The position numbers and the translations under genes were made by a program. A stretch of 46,846 nucleotides of DNA, from positions 1 to 46,846 of the forward strand of contig JYFJ02003047.1 in assembly GCA_000934665.2 (NCBI GenBank). The letters are read 5' to 3'. Below the pieces are notes generated by a model. It searched no databases and was not told the DNA's origin. It was given only the letters and a program-made list of their open reading frames with translations. Positions 11,988-25,000 of the stretch are shown here, piece by piece. How positions within the stretch are numbered: position 1 is the first letter of the stretch; every line of letters begins with the position of its first letter. Source of the stretch: Catajapyx aquilonaris. Lineage: Eukaryota.

Positions 11988-12520
11988 GGGGGCGCATTAG
12001 TAAAAATACGATAGGCGCATTTTTGAGGGAATTTTATATTTTGTGGCGAAACGGAACGTTAATCGGAAAAATCAAGACGAAGGTGCCCTGCGCAAAGGTT
12101 TGGCCAAGGGTTTGGCCTTTACTATGGTACCATACTCGATATGATTGCATTAAAATTGTGGACATACGGGCGCAGAAGCGTTCCCGATTTTGTCGCGTTC
12201 CTGCCGCCATGCTATTCAAATGGGCTTTTCGGGAACGCCATTTTCCTTTCACTTCAACTCGATGAAAAGGTCACTTCTAGGCCGAAAATGGTAAAATGAC
12301 GACGAAGGTGCCCTGCGCCAGATCATGTCTTATTTTTTGGTGTAATTTTTGTGTCCATTGCTCCATTTTTGCGGCCGTACACGGCCGCAGTCTAAGCGTA
12401 GACATGTCGAATCCCCATATGCTGTCCATGCATATACGCGAGTTTGTTTACGTGGTCGCCAAGGGCTCGCATTGTTACCGATTGTTACCGTTTTTTGTTT
12501 TTTTTTACTAATGCGCCCCC
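11988..12520. mobile_element. MITE (533 bp) with TTAA flanks and GG..CC ends, Kolobok-like
   Basis: TTAA|GGGGGCGCATTAGTAAAAA ... TTTTTACTAATGCGCCCCC|TTAA is a perfect 19-bp TIR. The internal repeat GACGAAGGTGCCCTGCGC occurs at 12076 and 12301. The superfamily call is an inference from TTAA plus purine termini. Confidence 0.85.
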
Positions 12521-13545
12521 TTAATTCGTGTACAGTACTGGGCCTGTATTTTGTCAAAAAGAGTAATGAATCTACTTTGCACCACTCGTCAGTCGAAAGT
12601 TTCTCATTTTTCGAGTACTTGCCTCTCAAAATTAGATACCTTCTTTTCACATTTTGTTATAAACCATCCAGCCTCGATTAAAAGCAGACAATGTCGAATC
12701 GCCATTTCTAAATAATGCAATGTTTACCCTTATTTTTCATTAGCGATGTCATTCATAATGAAAAGGTTTTCCAGAGATGGCAGCAGCCAAGTTGGCAAGT
12801 TCTCTGTGGACGAGAGGGAGTGTAGCATTGTACATGGGGGTGTTGCGGGGCTGACGACTGCTGGGAAATGAGATCCTGCATCTGCAAGTACCTCGCGGCA
12901 TAGTTAATGCAAAGGACGAAAAATTGGCCCTTTCATGAAGACCGGGAATATTCCTCTCCCGCTATATTGCAGCACGTCGCACTGCTCACTGGGGGGTGGA
13001 TGGGTGTGGAAGGGGGAGGAGGAAATGGCTCCTGCTGTGAAGGTGTCGTTAGTGAGATGCATTGCCTATTATAATAAGGTAAATAACATTCATGTACCAC
13101 AATGTCATTTGTCGGGTAATAAAACTGTTGACCAAATTGTTTTATTGCTGTGACGTTTGGAAGCTTCCGCATTGAACGGTGGGAAAAACGTAAGAGGAAA
13201 TCGATAAGTGCAAGTTTTACTTTGATTTTTCATTCTTTTTAAAATATAAATTAGGACTTAGAAAAAATAAAGAGCATCTTTTCTGAACTACATTTTCCAA
13301 CAACATTTTGTTTACCTTTGAGGGGGTTATTAGGAGTAAAATAGCGGAGATGAATACGTCGTCTAAATCGGAAGACCTATAGGAGAGGTCGATTTTTTTT
13401 TAAACACGGTAAAAGCCTTGCGAGATTCGGTTTGATGGGAGTGTCATAATGTGATTTTCTTTTACATCTTCCGATACTATAAAAATTCACTTCCACAAGG
13501 CAATTGCAGTCAAATGTCAAGTAAATGGTGCTGCATTGGCTCGAA

Positions 13546-13670
13546 GGGCCGGTTTCACCGAGCTTGGTATATGATAAAACCAGGTTTCTTTAGGAAAATC
13601 CATACAAATAGATAGGGATTTTGAGAAATACCCTGGTTTTATCATATACTGAGCTCGGTGAAACCGGCCC
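13546..13670. mobile_element. PIF/Harbinger (Tourist-like) palindromic MITE, copy 1
   Basis: GGGCCGGTTTCACCGAGCT...AGCTCGGTGAAACCGGCCC, a near-complete foldback. Flanks are GAA and TAA. Second copy at 28242-28369. Confidence 0.88.
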
Positions 13671-14099
13671 TAATACGCCAAATACACCACAATTTACATT
13701 GTTTTTATATAATAATTTTTGCACTTGTGCCAAGGTAGTCAGAGTGTGTAAAGGAATGGGCAACAACGCAATGCTGTTGACATAATATTAAAAGGATAAA
13801 CGGAATTAGTACAGGGTAGACAGCGTGGCAGTAGGCCTACGGTAGTATTCGCGCCCACGCCACTCCACGGATAGAAATACCACGGGTCTGATAACAAACC
13901 CGGGTGTACTGCTCCGTATGGAGTGCAAGGTCTCCGACACGACGCGCGACGTCGCGACGTCGCGTCGTCGTCTCGGGGGCTATCCATTAAAATTGTTTAC
14001 TGTACATTGCACAAAATTCAGTGCAATCCAGTTTTTATGACAAAAGTTTATTTTACGTTGCTATCTAGGCTAATAACATCGTGTTTCAGTTTCCTGTTA

Positions 14100-14180
14100 C
14101 AGTAGAACCCCGATTATCCGTCACCCACGGGACTGGGTCATCGTCGGATAACCGAAAAAGTCGGATAATCAGAGGCCGGA
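14100..14180 (+). mobile_element. Truncated end of a Tc1/mariner-pogo-type MITE
   Basis: TA|CAGTAGAACCCCGATTATCCG followed by CGGATAAC/CGGATAAT internal repeats typical of this MITE class. The sequence decays into the microsatellite. Confidence 0.6.
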
Positions 14181-14227
14181 GTGGAAAAAAAACTTTAATA
14201 AAACTCAACAAAAAACAAAAACATGAC

Positions 14228-14265
14228 ATAATAATAATACAGTAATAATAATACCGTAATAATAA

Positions 14266-14325
<60 letters not shown>

Positions 14326-14329
14326 GACC

Positions 14330-14366
<37 letters not shown>

Positions 14367-14402
14367 AACAACAACAACATCACGACATTTCCCTATGAGG
14401 GG

Positions 14403-14476
<74 letters not shown>
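14228..14476. repeat. Compound (AAT)n/(ATT)n microsatellite
   Basis: (ATT)n at about 14267-14323, then (AAT)n at about 14331-14364 and 14406-14476, with short CAA and CAG runs. Confidence 0.97.
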
Positions 14477-14980
14477 GCAGCAGCAGAAGGTAACACTACT
14501 GTGATTTATTTGTCCGAGGTTCCTAGCAGGGACGACATGCGCCTTTGTCATATCTGGTTCCTAGAGTAGAGGAAGTATTTTAAAAATCATTTCTACTGTA
14601 GATTATTTATTATAATATTCATGCTCCCCTCTCCACCTCTCGGATGGAGATGTACGGCATGAGACGGGGCATGAGTGCGGAACTATCATTTGGTATGCAT
14701 TGCATATTTTTAGTCCCAATAGGCGCCTGACAGTGACGGCGCAAAGCGAGTCGCAATCGCCATAAGACTAATTCGTATTCCCGCCTCCCTTTTGCCCCAA
14801 GTCACGTGATTTCCCCCCTCGGAGATATTGGGCCCACTTTTGAGAGGGAGAGGGAGCGTCTACCATGGTCTAAGCATAGAGCAAGTATATAAAATAATAA
14901 TAATAATAAATAATTTATTTACTAGCTCTATGTGTCTAAGCTAAGGGTTGAAAGCAGGGCGAGAAATAAGGGGCAAAAAA

Positions 14981-15127
14981 GTGGGTGCGTTTTAACTATG
15001 ATTCGACATTATTCCGGTGCGCGTATTCCATTCGACATTATTCCGAGAGTTGTAATCCTATCGACATTATTCCGGTTTGACGAAATTACTGTGGACGTTA
15101 TTCCATTTGACGTTATTCCACCCACCC
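14981..15127 (+). repeat. Short element with five GAC(A/G)TTATTCC repeats (MITE-like subterminal array)
   Basis: GACATTATTCCG x3 and GACGTTATTCCA x2 at irregular spacing, bounded by GTGGGTG and CACCCAC. Confidence 0.65.
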
Positions 15128-15637
15128 GGTGAACGCGTGAACCCTGCTTCGGTTGGCATTCCTGTTTCAACTGCCACGTAGCCTAGCTCGCAGGGGGAGT
15201 GCATCTCGTGTACATTACGCTATTGTCGGTTTGGATACTTGGATATTTGGACCTTTTTTAGGTGAGTAGACCGATGAATTATCACACTAGGATACCAGGA
15301 ACGTATGTTCCATGAAAGATCTGGAATATGGGGAATAGGAAATGCAGGAACACAGAATGTTGTGTCTTCACGCTGATTATGTTCCATTTTAGAAATTCGC
15401 TGCTGTTCCATCGCATCGGCCCAGATATTTGGCGCATCAAGGCTCCTGTTTGGAGCATTTTGGAGATCCTCTACGCTAGCGTCAACTGATAAAGGGTGAG
15501 TTCATGTCTTTGAGGACCACTGGTATACTTGGATCATGTTTACTGCGTATGCAATGAGGAAGTAAATACAGGTACCGGTAGTAATGCAATGGCTAATGTC
15601 TATAGAATAACAGATACCGAAACGGAATGGTATTAGT

Positions 15638-16276
15638 CAAAGGTGGGCATTAGCGCCGCTAAGCAGCTATCAGCTGAACTAACTTTTCGTTAGCTGATTA
15701 GCTGTTTGCGATAACTTTTCAGGCCACTAGCTGACTATTTAGCTCCCACTAAATTTAGTGCCGCACTGCAGCTAAATAAATTCAGCTAACAAAATTCATT
15801 CGTGTTCCTGTCTCGCTGTCTGTTACTTTTAAAGTTGCATTGTTTCTGCTCCAGGCAGGGATTAAAATAGACAAGTTTATGGGTGGCGGACTTCAAGTCA
15901 CTATCACTATGGTAGAATCCCACTGGTGATGCACCAAAATTGAAAGTCTTCCTTTCCAAAAATGTTTCAAGGCCCTATGGGCAACCATCACTCCCAAATG
16001 GTGGAGTAAAAATGTAAGAGTATGAGTATGTGACCAATAAGGCATTTGACCCTTTTGCTCTTTGGACTGTTTATTACTTTTTGTATGGAACAGTATAAGT
16101 AACTAAATAAGGTGTATGTGTAACAATGTTCTCTAGGCTTTATCAGCTTAGATCTGTTTTTAAGGGTCATAGAGCCAAAAAAGGTTCCATTCCAAAATAA
16201 AAGTTAGCTGTTAGCTGTTAGCATTAGCTTACACTAATTTTCTAGCCATTTAGCTTTAGCTATTTAGCCACCTCTG
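15638..16276. mobile_element. hAT-type MITE (639 bp) nested in the composite element
   Basis: Perfect 8-bp TSD GTATTAGT (15630-15637 and 16277-16284). Termini are CAAAGGTGG and CCACCTCTG. Dense TTAGCT/AGCTAA subterminal repeats occur at both ends. Confidence 0.9.
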
Positions 16277-17719
16277 GTATTAGTGATATCGAATGTACTG
16301 TACATTGTACAGTGTAGCCCACTTAAGATACTGTATAGTAGTTGACTAGTTGTCATAAACAGGTAACACTATGGGCTGAGTATGGACTGACGGGGTGAAT
16401 GACCTTTGATGCTGCATTCTGTGACGAATGGAGGAAATTGTGGGGTTAGTCTTGCTATTCAGGAAAATATTTAAGGCTAACGCAGGTCTAAATATTTCAA
16501 TGTGCCTAGATCAAATATCACTTGAACCTTTTCATTCCAAATTGTTGGCCATTTTTTTTTTCTTGCTCAAAATTGAGCCTTTGAACAGTCTTTCCCAATA
16601 TCTAGAGCAGTTTTCTGGATTTCTGATGATAAACAGGCAGGGGTTTGGCATTTTCTTAAGTTAGCCTTCACAAAAAGTGATACGAAACCAGGGTCCTGGT
16701 GAATCATAACACTCAATTCAGTGTTTGACAGCCGACAAGCTCGCATGGTATCGTAAAATTCCAAATATAGGTGAAGGGAATTATAAAGTCACTTGCCTCA
16801 CTTGAGTTAGTGACCGGTGCGAAAGTGTTACAATTTGTACCACGAAACACCTGGCAGGTATACCTCAGAGAAAATTATTGTAAAATATGACGGGGAGGGG
16901 GGGGGGNGGGGGGGTGAAAATATACAGTAGAAATAATTTTTAAAATATTTCCTCTACTCTAGGAACCAGAGATGACAAAGGCGCATGTCGTCTCTGCTAG
17001 GAACCTAGGACAAATAAATCACAGTAGTGTTACCTTCTGTAATTCACTCCCATTACTGTCAATAATATAATTTTGGTCACTCGAAGTGGTCCACCGCACG
17101 TTGCAAAAATGTGAAAACTGGCGTCGGACCAGATCAGTAAGTGCATGTAAATTGCTTGATGCAGGGTGAAACTCGCCAGAAATACATTAATAGGTTAATT
17201 CAAAATTTTAAATGGAAACATGTATGAGCATAAATTTAGTTTGGGTGGTTGGCATTTAAAAGACTGACATGTAGGCAATTACTGTAATTGCAATCACATT
17301 TAATTATCATTTTTGGAGGTTGTTTCTGCTGCTGTCCTTTCTCCAGAGATGGCATTATTGTTCAGTTAGATTTGACTGTAGTGAACGGTGAATGGAGATG
17401 AAAAAATGCAAGACCAAAGTTTTCATGTAGAATGCAAATTCAGGAGCTACTGCACTATTGCAAGTGTATCTTAAAACTCGACTTTATCTTGTTATGTGGC
17501 ATAATTTATTGTAGGCAATAATGATCCTAAAACCATGGTTTCAAGCTATACTTCTACAATAATGCAACCGAGCCTGAAGGCAGTCGAACTGAGCCAAGGT
17601 GCTATCAATAAGACTGGCGTGGCGCCCAATAATCTTTAAGAAATATTAACAGTATTATTCTGGACATCTTATTCACAATGCAGAAATATTTGCAAATAAT
17701 AACAAAAAAACCAATCAGC

Positions 17720-17803
17720 AATTGAAGGGTGCAGTGCAAGAGGGGCATGAGTCAAATGAACAGACACCTGACTCATGCTCCTCTTGCACTGCACCCTTCA
17801 ATT
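17720..17803. repeat. 84-nt hairpin with 35-bp arms and a 14-nt loop
   Basis: AATTGAAGGGTGCAGTGCAAGAGGGGCATGAGTCA pairs with TGACTCATGCTCCTCTTGCACTGCACCCTTCAATT, with one G:T. Confidence 0.9.
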
Positions 17804-18702
17804 TGTGTCCAGCTCAGTTTATCACCCTGTAATACAGATAAAAAATAGTGCCACATTTTTCCCAATTTGGCACGACTTTTTTGCAATACAAAGTATGATC
17901 CAAAATACCTGTCCAACTTTTTCTTAGCATTGAGCGGCTTATGTGTTATACAGTGTAGCTGCTAAGAGTTTTCTTTGGTTTTCAACGGGAAGAATATCAA
18001 TATTTCAATCTGTCCACCACGATACTCAACGACAACACCAGCAGTGCGAACCTAGTTTAACAGTGTGTTGATTGTACTAGTTCCTTATTGGGTTATATAG
18101 TAGCTTGTCTGATTGAATAAGTGGTGATTTTTTCCCCTTTATGTTGGCGTGAATCTTATGGAAGAGTACAAATAATTTTGAGTTACTGTTCGCGCAGACT
18201 ACAGTATACACTTAACAATATTTTTGCATATGAATATGCAAAAAGCCTCTGAGGTATAAAGGATTTAGGTAACCACCAAAATAATAAATTATATAGCAGG
18301 CCTGTACAGCAAAACTGCTCCTGACAATACAATCATGTATTAGAACGTTCCCGAAACTACCTAATGTTCAACCGATACCATTTTCTGAGGGCGTCTTTCA
18401 CCAGTGGCTTACTTGGAAGTCTCTACGGTTCTATGGTAGCCAGCAGTTGTCATGGGAGACAGGATTGTTCTTCCTGTCAGCAGACTATGATTGTGTGCTA
18501 CCCAGAAGACAAGAGTAGAGGTCCAGCATCCATATAGATATTTGCTGCTAGTTTTTCCTCAAAATAGCCTCACACATTGTGGCACCTTCCATTTTTAGGC
18601 AAACAAAATGTTTGTCCCCACGTTAATGTACGTTTACCTGACTTACCTCCTGCGCTAATTTTCTGAATAAGTTATATGAAAATGGGCGAGAGCACTGCAA
18701 CT

Positions 18703-19059
18703 TTTATTTTTTAATTTCTAATTTAGTTTACCCCGTGATGTCCCTTGCGGGATCTACAGGGGGTGGCACACCACCATCAGTTTTCTATTTATTTCCAATT
18801 TCTTTCTCCGGTGCAAGGAAACAGGGACATTGGGAAAGGATAGGGATTGTTGGGGAGGGGACACTTGTGCCATGTGCAATGTCTTAAACCTTTGGGCCAT
18901 GTGCAGTCCCCCAGGAGGTTAGGTTGCCAGACACCTCCAAGGTGCAGGTCAGAGACCCTCCCGACGCAGGTGGAAGGGAACTCCCAGGCGGGGATCGAAC
19001 CTGGGACCTTACACTCAGCAAGCCGAGACGTTACCATCTCGGCCACTACACCTCCCCCA
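18703..19059 (-). mobile_element. Full-length tRNA-derived SINE
   Basis: On the minus strand, A box TGGCCGAGATGG (19045-19034) and B box GGTTCGATCCC (19001-18991), with a 3' stem-loop and A-rich tail. Perfect 15-bp TSD GAGAGCACTGCAACT at 18688-18702 and 19060-19074. Confidence 0.93.
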
Positions 19060-22000
19060 GAGAGCACTGCAACTGACCCAAGATATATTAATTAGAAGAT
19101 CTTTCGGATTCCTCGGAATTAAGACATAATTGTGGTTTTGGTTTACCTTGCATTTTTTTAAGCCATACGAACAGCTAGCGACCTTACCCACCACACCGGT
19201 TGGTTTAAACTTTAACTCCATTTTTCGATGATAGTCGCAGATAAAAATTAACAAGGAGAGCTGCTCTAGGCAAAATGTGGCGCGTGTATGGTAATCTTCG
19301 CCGTAGTTAATATGCTGCAGTACCGTACACACACACACCCACAGTCATCCACCCATTTAAGCTTTTACAAGAGTATAAAAGGCGAGAGTAGGAATAATTT
19401 CTCCGGATCGCTCATTTCCTCTCGCAAAACTTAAAAACACTTGGCAGCAATAGAATTGCCTGGTAACATGCAAGTCCTTCCGAGATGAGCTCGTCGAGGT
19501 GCGCGGGAAAAGTCGGAAGAGAAATTAAAACTAGTTTTCTGCATGCCTCGATTGGCAAAGCGCTGCGCTTTTGTGAGGAAGCAAATAGTGCTTTTTGGAA
19601 AATTTCCTCCCAGAATTCCCGAGAGGTAGTCTCTCATCTTTTTATGTACAGACTCTTTCTCCATTCTTTTGAGCAATGCCAAAAATGTCTAATTGCGACG
19701 CTAGACTTTTTCATTCATCTCAATTTAAGTGGTAGGAGCACATGAATGTCTTTTCCTGTCCCATGGTAGAAAGCGAAGGCCTGTAAAAAATGAACAGAAT
19801 AATGGTAGCATTTATCGTCCATTAGAGCAGGTAGCAACATGGACCCAGGTTCTACCCCACTCCCCCGCCTCCCACCTTCCAGCCTCAGGGCAGATAACGT
19901 AGTCGATGGTGAGGGGGTGGGGTGTATGGAGGGTGGGAAGTGCAGACAAAGGAATTCTGTAGAACTCTGGTTCTTTGAAAATACGCAATTAACCGACACA
20001 AAGGAGGTATGCACCGTCGATATGCAGACGAGGGTTCCCGTCCTTCATGATCAATTACTTTATTAATTCCTCTTTTAATTACAACATTTTTGTCCGCCGA
20101 GATTTTCCCTTTTTTCCCCGTTAGTGGAAGGGCTGTGTCTAAAGCGCCCTAGTCTGAGGTTGCACAAAAAAAATTTCCTCTGGAGGTAAAGCACTCATGG
20201 TTTTCCTTTGGCCACTAAGTAGGTTTCACCCACATACCTGCTGGCTTGATTGAACAATATTTCGCAGGGGTCTCACCTAGCCTTCGAGTCGCTTGACTTG
20301 GTAGGATGTGACATTGAAGGCTTCCGACGTTTGCGTGAGAAGCCACTGAATACTGAATAGAGAAGGGTGCTGGGGTAACATGGGGCAGGAGCAGGTGCAT
20401 TGTGTTGAAAGTTTGAGCTAGGCCTAGTGTCCTCGTGGGACGCTAATCGACCGAAGAGGGAGTGCTCAAAAAGTCTTGCCAATAGAATTATTTATTTCTC
20501 ATCTGGCAGTAAAAGTGCAAATAGTGAGTGTGCCGGGCTCCGAAGCGTTCGATATTATCCGGGAGATGTTGGGAAAGTATAGGAGAAGCAGGGAATGGAG
20601 GGGGGGGGGGTTAGGCTTCTGGGTCCTACCGTCAACAAACAGGTCTGGGAGAGCATGGTGGCGCGCGGCCCATCTGGATCTTTGCAATGACAGATGGACC
20701 AGTAGAGTCTGCAATAAGACTACTTTAGCACAAAGCCAGGTGTATGGAGCGTTGGCGAAGGCCTGTCGGGAAAGTTTGGGAGACTCCAAGTGTGCCGAAT
20801 GTCTTTTTTTTTCGTCTCTCGTTTACCGGAGGGAAGGGGCATAGAGGGTGGAGGATGGCGAGATGAGTCGAGGAGCCGTTTGTGCTTCGATCGTGTTTCC
20901 TACTTTTCCATTTATGAACGATTTATATAGACCTGGGTGTGCTCTCTCGCGATATTAGCTTTATGTGGCAATATCGAGATAATGGGGACGCTCAAAGGGT
21001 CCTTGAGCAACAATAAGAAGTTTAAAGGTCATATTGCTTCCGCCGGATGTTGCATGTCAGGCGCCGGTGTTTTTTTTTGTTTTTGTTTTTTTGAAAGTTG
21101 CTCATCAGAACCATGTCAGGGGGGATTAGGTAATGCATCGGACCGGAATATAAACTGGCGTGAAATGTCGTACCAGCCGCCTATATAATAATTACTAGTA
21201 TATGCTCTGTACAGCGGAACGCGACCGTCACACAATGGGCAGGACGACAACAGATTAATCCATCATCATCAGGGCTTTGATTTGTATGCTGAAGTGAGCT
21301 TCATTACACGGAATGCTTTTCCTTCCGGACGTCCCGTATCGAAATGGCGCAATGACGATGACGCCAACTGGGAATTTGCGGGTGAAAATATCCACTAGAT
21401 TTTCCACTCTCGGTCAGTCACGCCGTGACAGATCATTCATCTGCATTACACCGTCCACAATCTGTAAAATCATAGGTTAGATTTCACGTTCGCTTCATTG
21501 GATGAGAAACTCGGCAAATTGTGACTGGCGTAACATTTTCTGTATCGGGTACTCATTTGGACGGGGGTGGAAAACGGATTATATCACGCGCTTCGTACTC
21601 TAGTTTGCCAATTGCGGATGAAACACGAAGCGCGTGAATATCGCAAATACAATTCGGAGGGATGGGGGAGATGAAACGGACGGAATGAAGTGGATTTTTC
21701 GCCTTTGTTAAAGGACATTAACATAATTTGCGTCTTCCGGCCTAATGGAAAATAGATGCTCTCTTCCTGTTAACAGGGTTTTTCCCTCTTCTGTCAACCC
21801 TCGGAGGAAACAGAAATGAAGATTTATCGATGCTTGGGCATCAATTGGGCCTAATTCATCACTTTCAGTTCTCCTTTTACTTACGGGCCGGTCGAAGGAG
21901 GCCAGCCGAGCGGTCAAGACCAATCGAGTCCTGCTCAGATGTCTCGGGAAATAAAGGTGTCGGTGAAAGAACGACTTTCTTGCCGCGCCATTGCAGTTGT

Positions 22001-25000
22001 CCTAGTCTTGCTACCAAGGAACGAATCAAGAAAGGAAGGCTTCCCAGACACAGTATTGTGGAAGCTATTATTACAGATTTTGTAAAGGAAAGAAATATTT
22101 TTATCATCCTGTAAACAGTTCCTTCATTTACAAACTGATCATGCCTGCTGTTACACCTGGTACTAAAATAATTAGTCGTTAATTAATATAACTTTCGTTC
22201 CAAGATTTTATATTCTTCCGATGCGACAGGCAAACTTCATTCAAAGGAAGGTCTAATACTTATACTGCATTGCGCACAGGCGGTATCTCCCTTTGCTTTT
22301 GGTGGCCATCATGGGACACGAAGGACACGAAATAGCACCGATTGTGCATTACTTGGAGCAATATTGCACGTACTGTTACTCACATTATGACTCCCATACC
22401 TTTTGCTTTTTAATATCGTCTCCATATGATAGTAAAGCAGAAATGTGTAAAAACAGGACAAGAGGTGATTGTTTTTTTAAAAAGGAACGTAAAAATATGG
22501 GTTCAGCTGGAACCAGTATGTTGTTGACCCAGCAGTGATTGGACAGAAATCGGCTCGCATGTTAAAAAAAACAACTCCCATTGTCATTGCCGTTAGTGCC
22601 CTTGATAAAATAGCTCTTAATCCAGCCCGTGTCCCAAAATAGTTCTCGGATGAAGCAAGAATTATTGTAGTATCGATCACAGCAATCTGCAATCCAAAAT
22701 GTATTAGAGATCCATGGGAGGTCCAATACTAACCTTTTGTACGGTCTTTGAGATGGAATAAGAAGGTATCCAGCGACAGAGACAGAAGATATAGGGTGAC
22801 ATGTCTACATGCCTGAATTATTTGCTAACTATAGTATAGACAAGGACCCTTCAAATGTGACTTCATATAAACTGTATTATTACAGCCAATTGTATTCCAT
22901 TCAACTTTGTGATCCAAGAACAAAAGAAAGTAATTACGGTACCGTATGTCTTTATGATCGTAATCTCAGGAAAGCCCTCTCACCGGTTATTAAATTAATC
23001 CAAGGAAAGTACATAACTCCACACAAATTTTCAATAATGGAGATATCTTTGTAAAGCAGTTATGCATGCAACTGGTGAAAATTTCTGTGACTCCTATACA
23101 TGGCGTAAAATGGTCCTTAAAAGATGCTTAATGAAGTTCTTTCCTTTCTTGTTCGCAATATATTTAGTGAATATAGTTTCTTAGGTTATCTGTTAAAGTA
23201 GCAGCCAACTGATTACTATTCATACTATAAGTAGTAAAATTCCCGGGTTTAATTGTGTTTTCGGAATGTTTTATTCTATAAAACAGCAGCCTATTTGTCC
23301 AGTCCGCAGCCAAAATTTTGTAAGCAATAATGTAATATTCAGGGGACACGCTCTCTTATGACAATAGTGATTTGAATTTATTTAAAGTATTAATCGGTTT
23401 TAATGCAAGGCACTAGTAGTCAATGAAGGTTTCACAGACGATAAGGCTGATAGAAATTACTGCTCCAATTTTTATTGGTAGAGGAGAAAGTTATTAATGG
23501 ATTGTATAACCCAGAAACCAGTTTAAAGCGAAGCAACCAGTCGGAATCTAAAAATCAGAACCACAGTCACTCGTGATTCTTGCTTAGAACTATTTAAACT
23601 GGCTGCTGGAGTAGAAAATTCATGATCTGTACCTCTCCTCTTGGACTGGGGACGTCTGCAGTTTTACCAACCTGCATACGGGATGGTACATTTGCATGTA
23701 TTCATAAAACAAGTGTAGAACAACATTAAATATTCCGCTATAAAATTATAACTTAAATGAGCAACAATAAATTCTTACTATGGGGCATCCTATTGTTTTC
23801 TAGTGGCCACTTTTTATTTGCCGCGGAACTTTGAGACTGGTAGGTTATACAGCTGAATTTGTCCAGCCCTCTAGGGCGATTTTTCTTGCCCGCGCGTCTC
23901 CGATGCCCATTTTCAGCCCCACTCCAGGTTCGCCGAAGTTGTAAAACGGCCTTTAATACATTATGAATTCCGTTCTGCACAGAGTTTTCCTTACCAAGGA
24001 TCTTAAAAATTCTATCTGTTTCCGCGTTATTTAGGTTTCGCTATATCGGGGCAAAAATACCTTACGACACTCGATTAATAACAATAATTGAACAAAATAT
24101 TAAACGAAAGATTTACATGGGAATATATCCTTCACAAGATTGTACAAGTGAAGATTGAAACAGAGCCCTGTAGTGACACAAGGATAAAACAGGCCGTGTG
24201 TATCTGCATGCACATACATTTCCTAAGGTGTCTCAAGGCGCCAAAGGGGGCTTCCACAGCCGGCAGCAATATTGGATCGTGGCTCTTATCCACGAAGCGC
24301 CGTTTTATCCAATTTGCCGAAGAGGTTGGCCCTATGTCGATAGGTCGCAAGCCCCCCCCCCCTCCCCCCTGTTGGTGGAGATGGAGTCAGGCAGGCAGCT
24401 TCCTGCGTGATGGTCTGTCTGTTCTGCATGCTAGGGGAAAGATCTCATTAAAATGGAACCTTGCTCGCGTTTGGCCTTCCAGGGAGTTGACACATGCATG
24501 TATACGGCACGAGCCTGAGGAGCATAATATATTCCTCCCAAGAAGATATTGTTTGTATATACTCGTGTATGTGCCCCCCCCCCCTCCCCCTCTCTCTTCA
24601 GACCTCCCAGTCTTTGCTGGTTGTAAGAAATGATAGGAGACTGCTTTTGAGACGCTTCGGGCTATACACGGCCCCTTGATTTCAGGGGCCCTGTGTTATT
24701 AAACAGAGCGTATGGAATCAATCCTCAGGGAACGGGTTGCCCAGATACGGCGAGGCAAAATTTTGATGAAAATCTCTTGTTTATCAGCTATACGAGAATT
24801 TCTTATTACCTACGTGCCATCCTTTGTAGGTCGGGAGGTCTTCGTTTTGTGGACAGACGACACGCAATTATCAGTACAACACTGGAGAAAATTAACCGCT
24901 TCTTTCGTCCGGATATACGGAGCTCGAGACGTTTCCCGGAGCATTTTCAAAAACATTTTGTTTGATACGAGGCAGAAGCTCAGTTGACAAGATAGGAGTA

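Larger units (their letters stand above)
14484..17039. mobile_element. Composite 2.55-kb non-autonomous DNA transposon with 117-bp TIRs
   Basis: 14484-14600 (CAGAAGGTAACACTACTGTGATTTATTTGTCC...TTCTACTGTA) is the reverse complement of 16923-17039 with only a few mismatches. The right flank is TA. The left flank is obscured by the microsatellite. Confidence 0.8.

Noticed and set aside
14086..14383. Poly-Tyr/poly-Asn ORFs
   Set aside because: These are translations of the AAT/ATT microsatellite.
14999..15120. GACATTATTCC repeats with variable gaps as CRISPR-like
   Set aside because: The repeat is only 11-12 nt with irregular short spacing, which fits transposon subterminal motifs.
18748..18763. 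CCCTGTAGATCC on the minus strand resembling miR-10
   Set aside because: The match is short, lies in the SINE 3' stem-loop and diverges from the mature miRNA afterwards.
18975..19058. Functional tRNA gene
   Set aside because: It continues into a SINE body and tail bounded by a 15-bp TSD. The same reasoning applies to the tRNA-like head at 29451.
24088..24633. Longest supplied ORF (181 aa) as a real gene
   Set aside because: Non-ATG start, poly-Pro derived from C-runs, no domain motif and no supporting splice structure.
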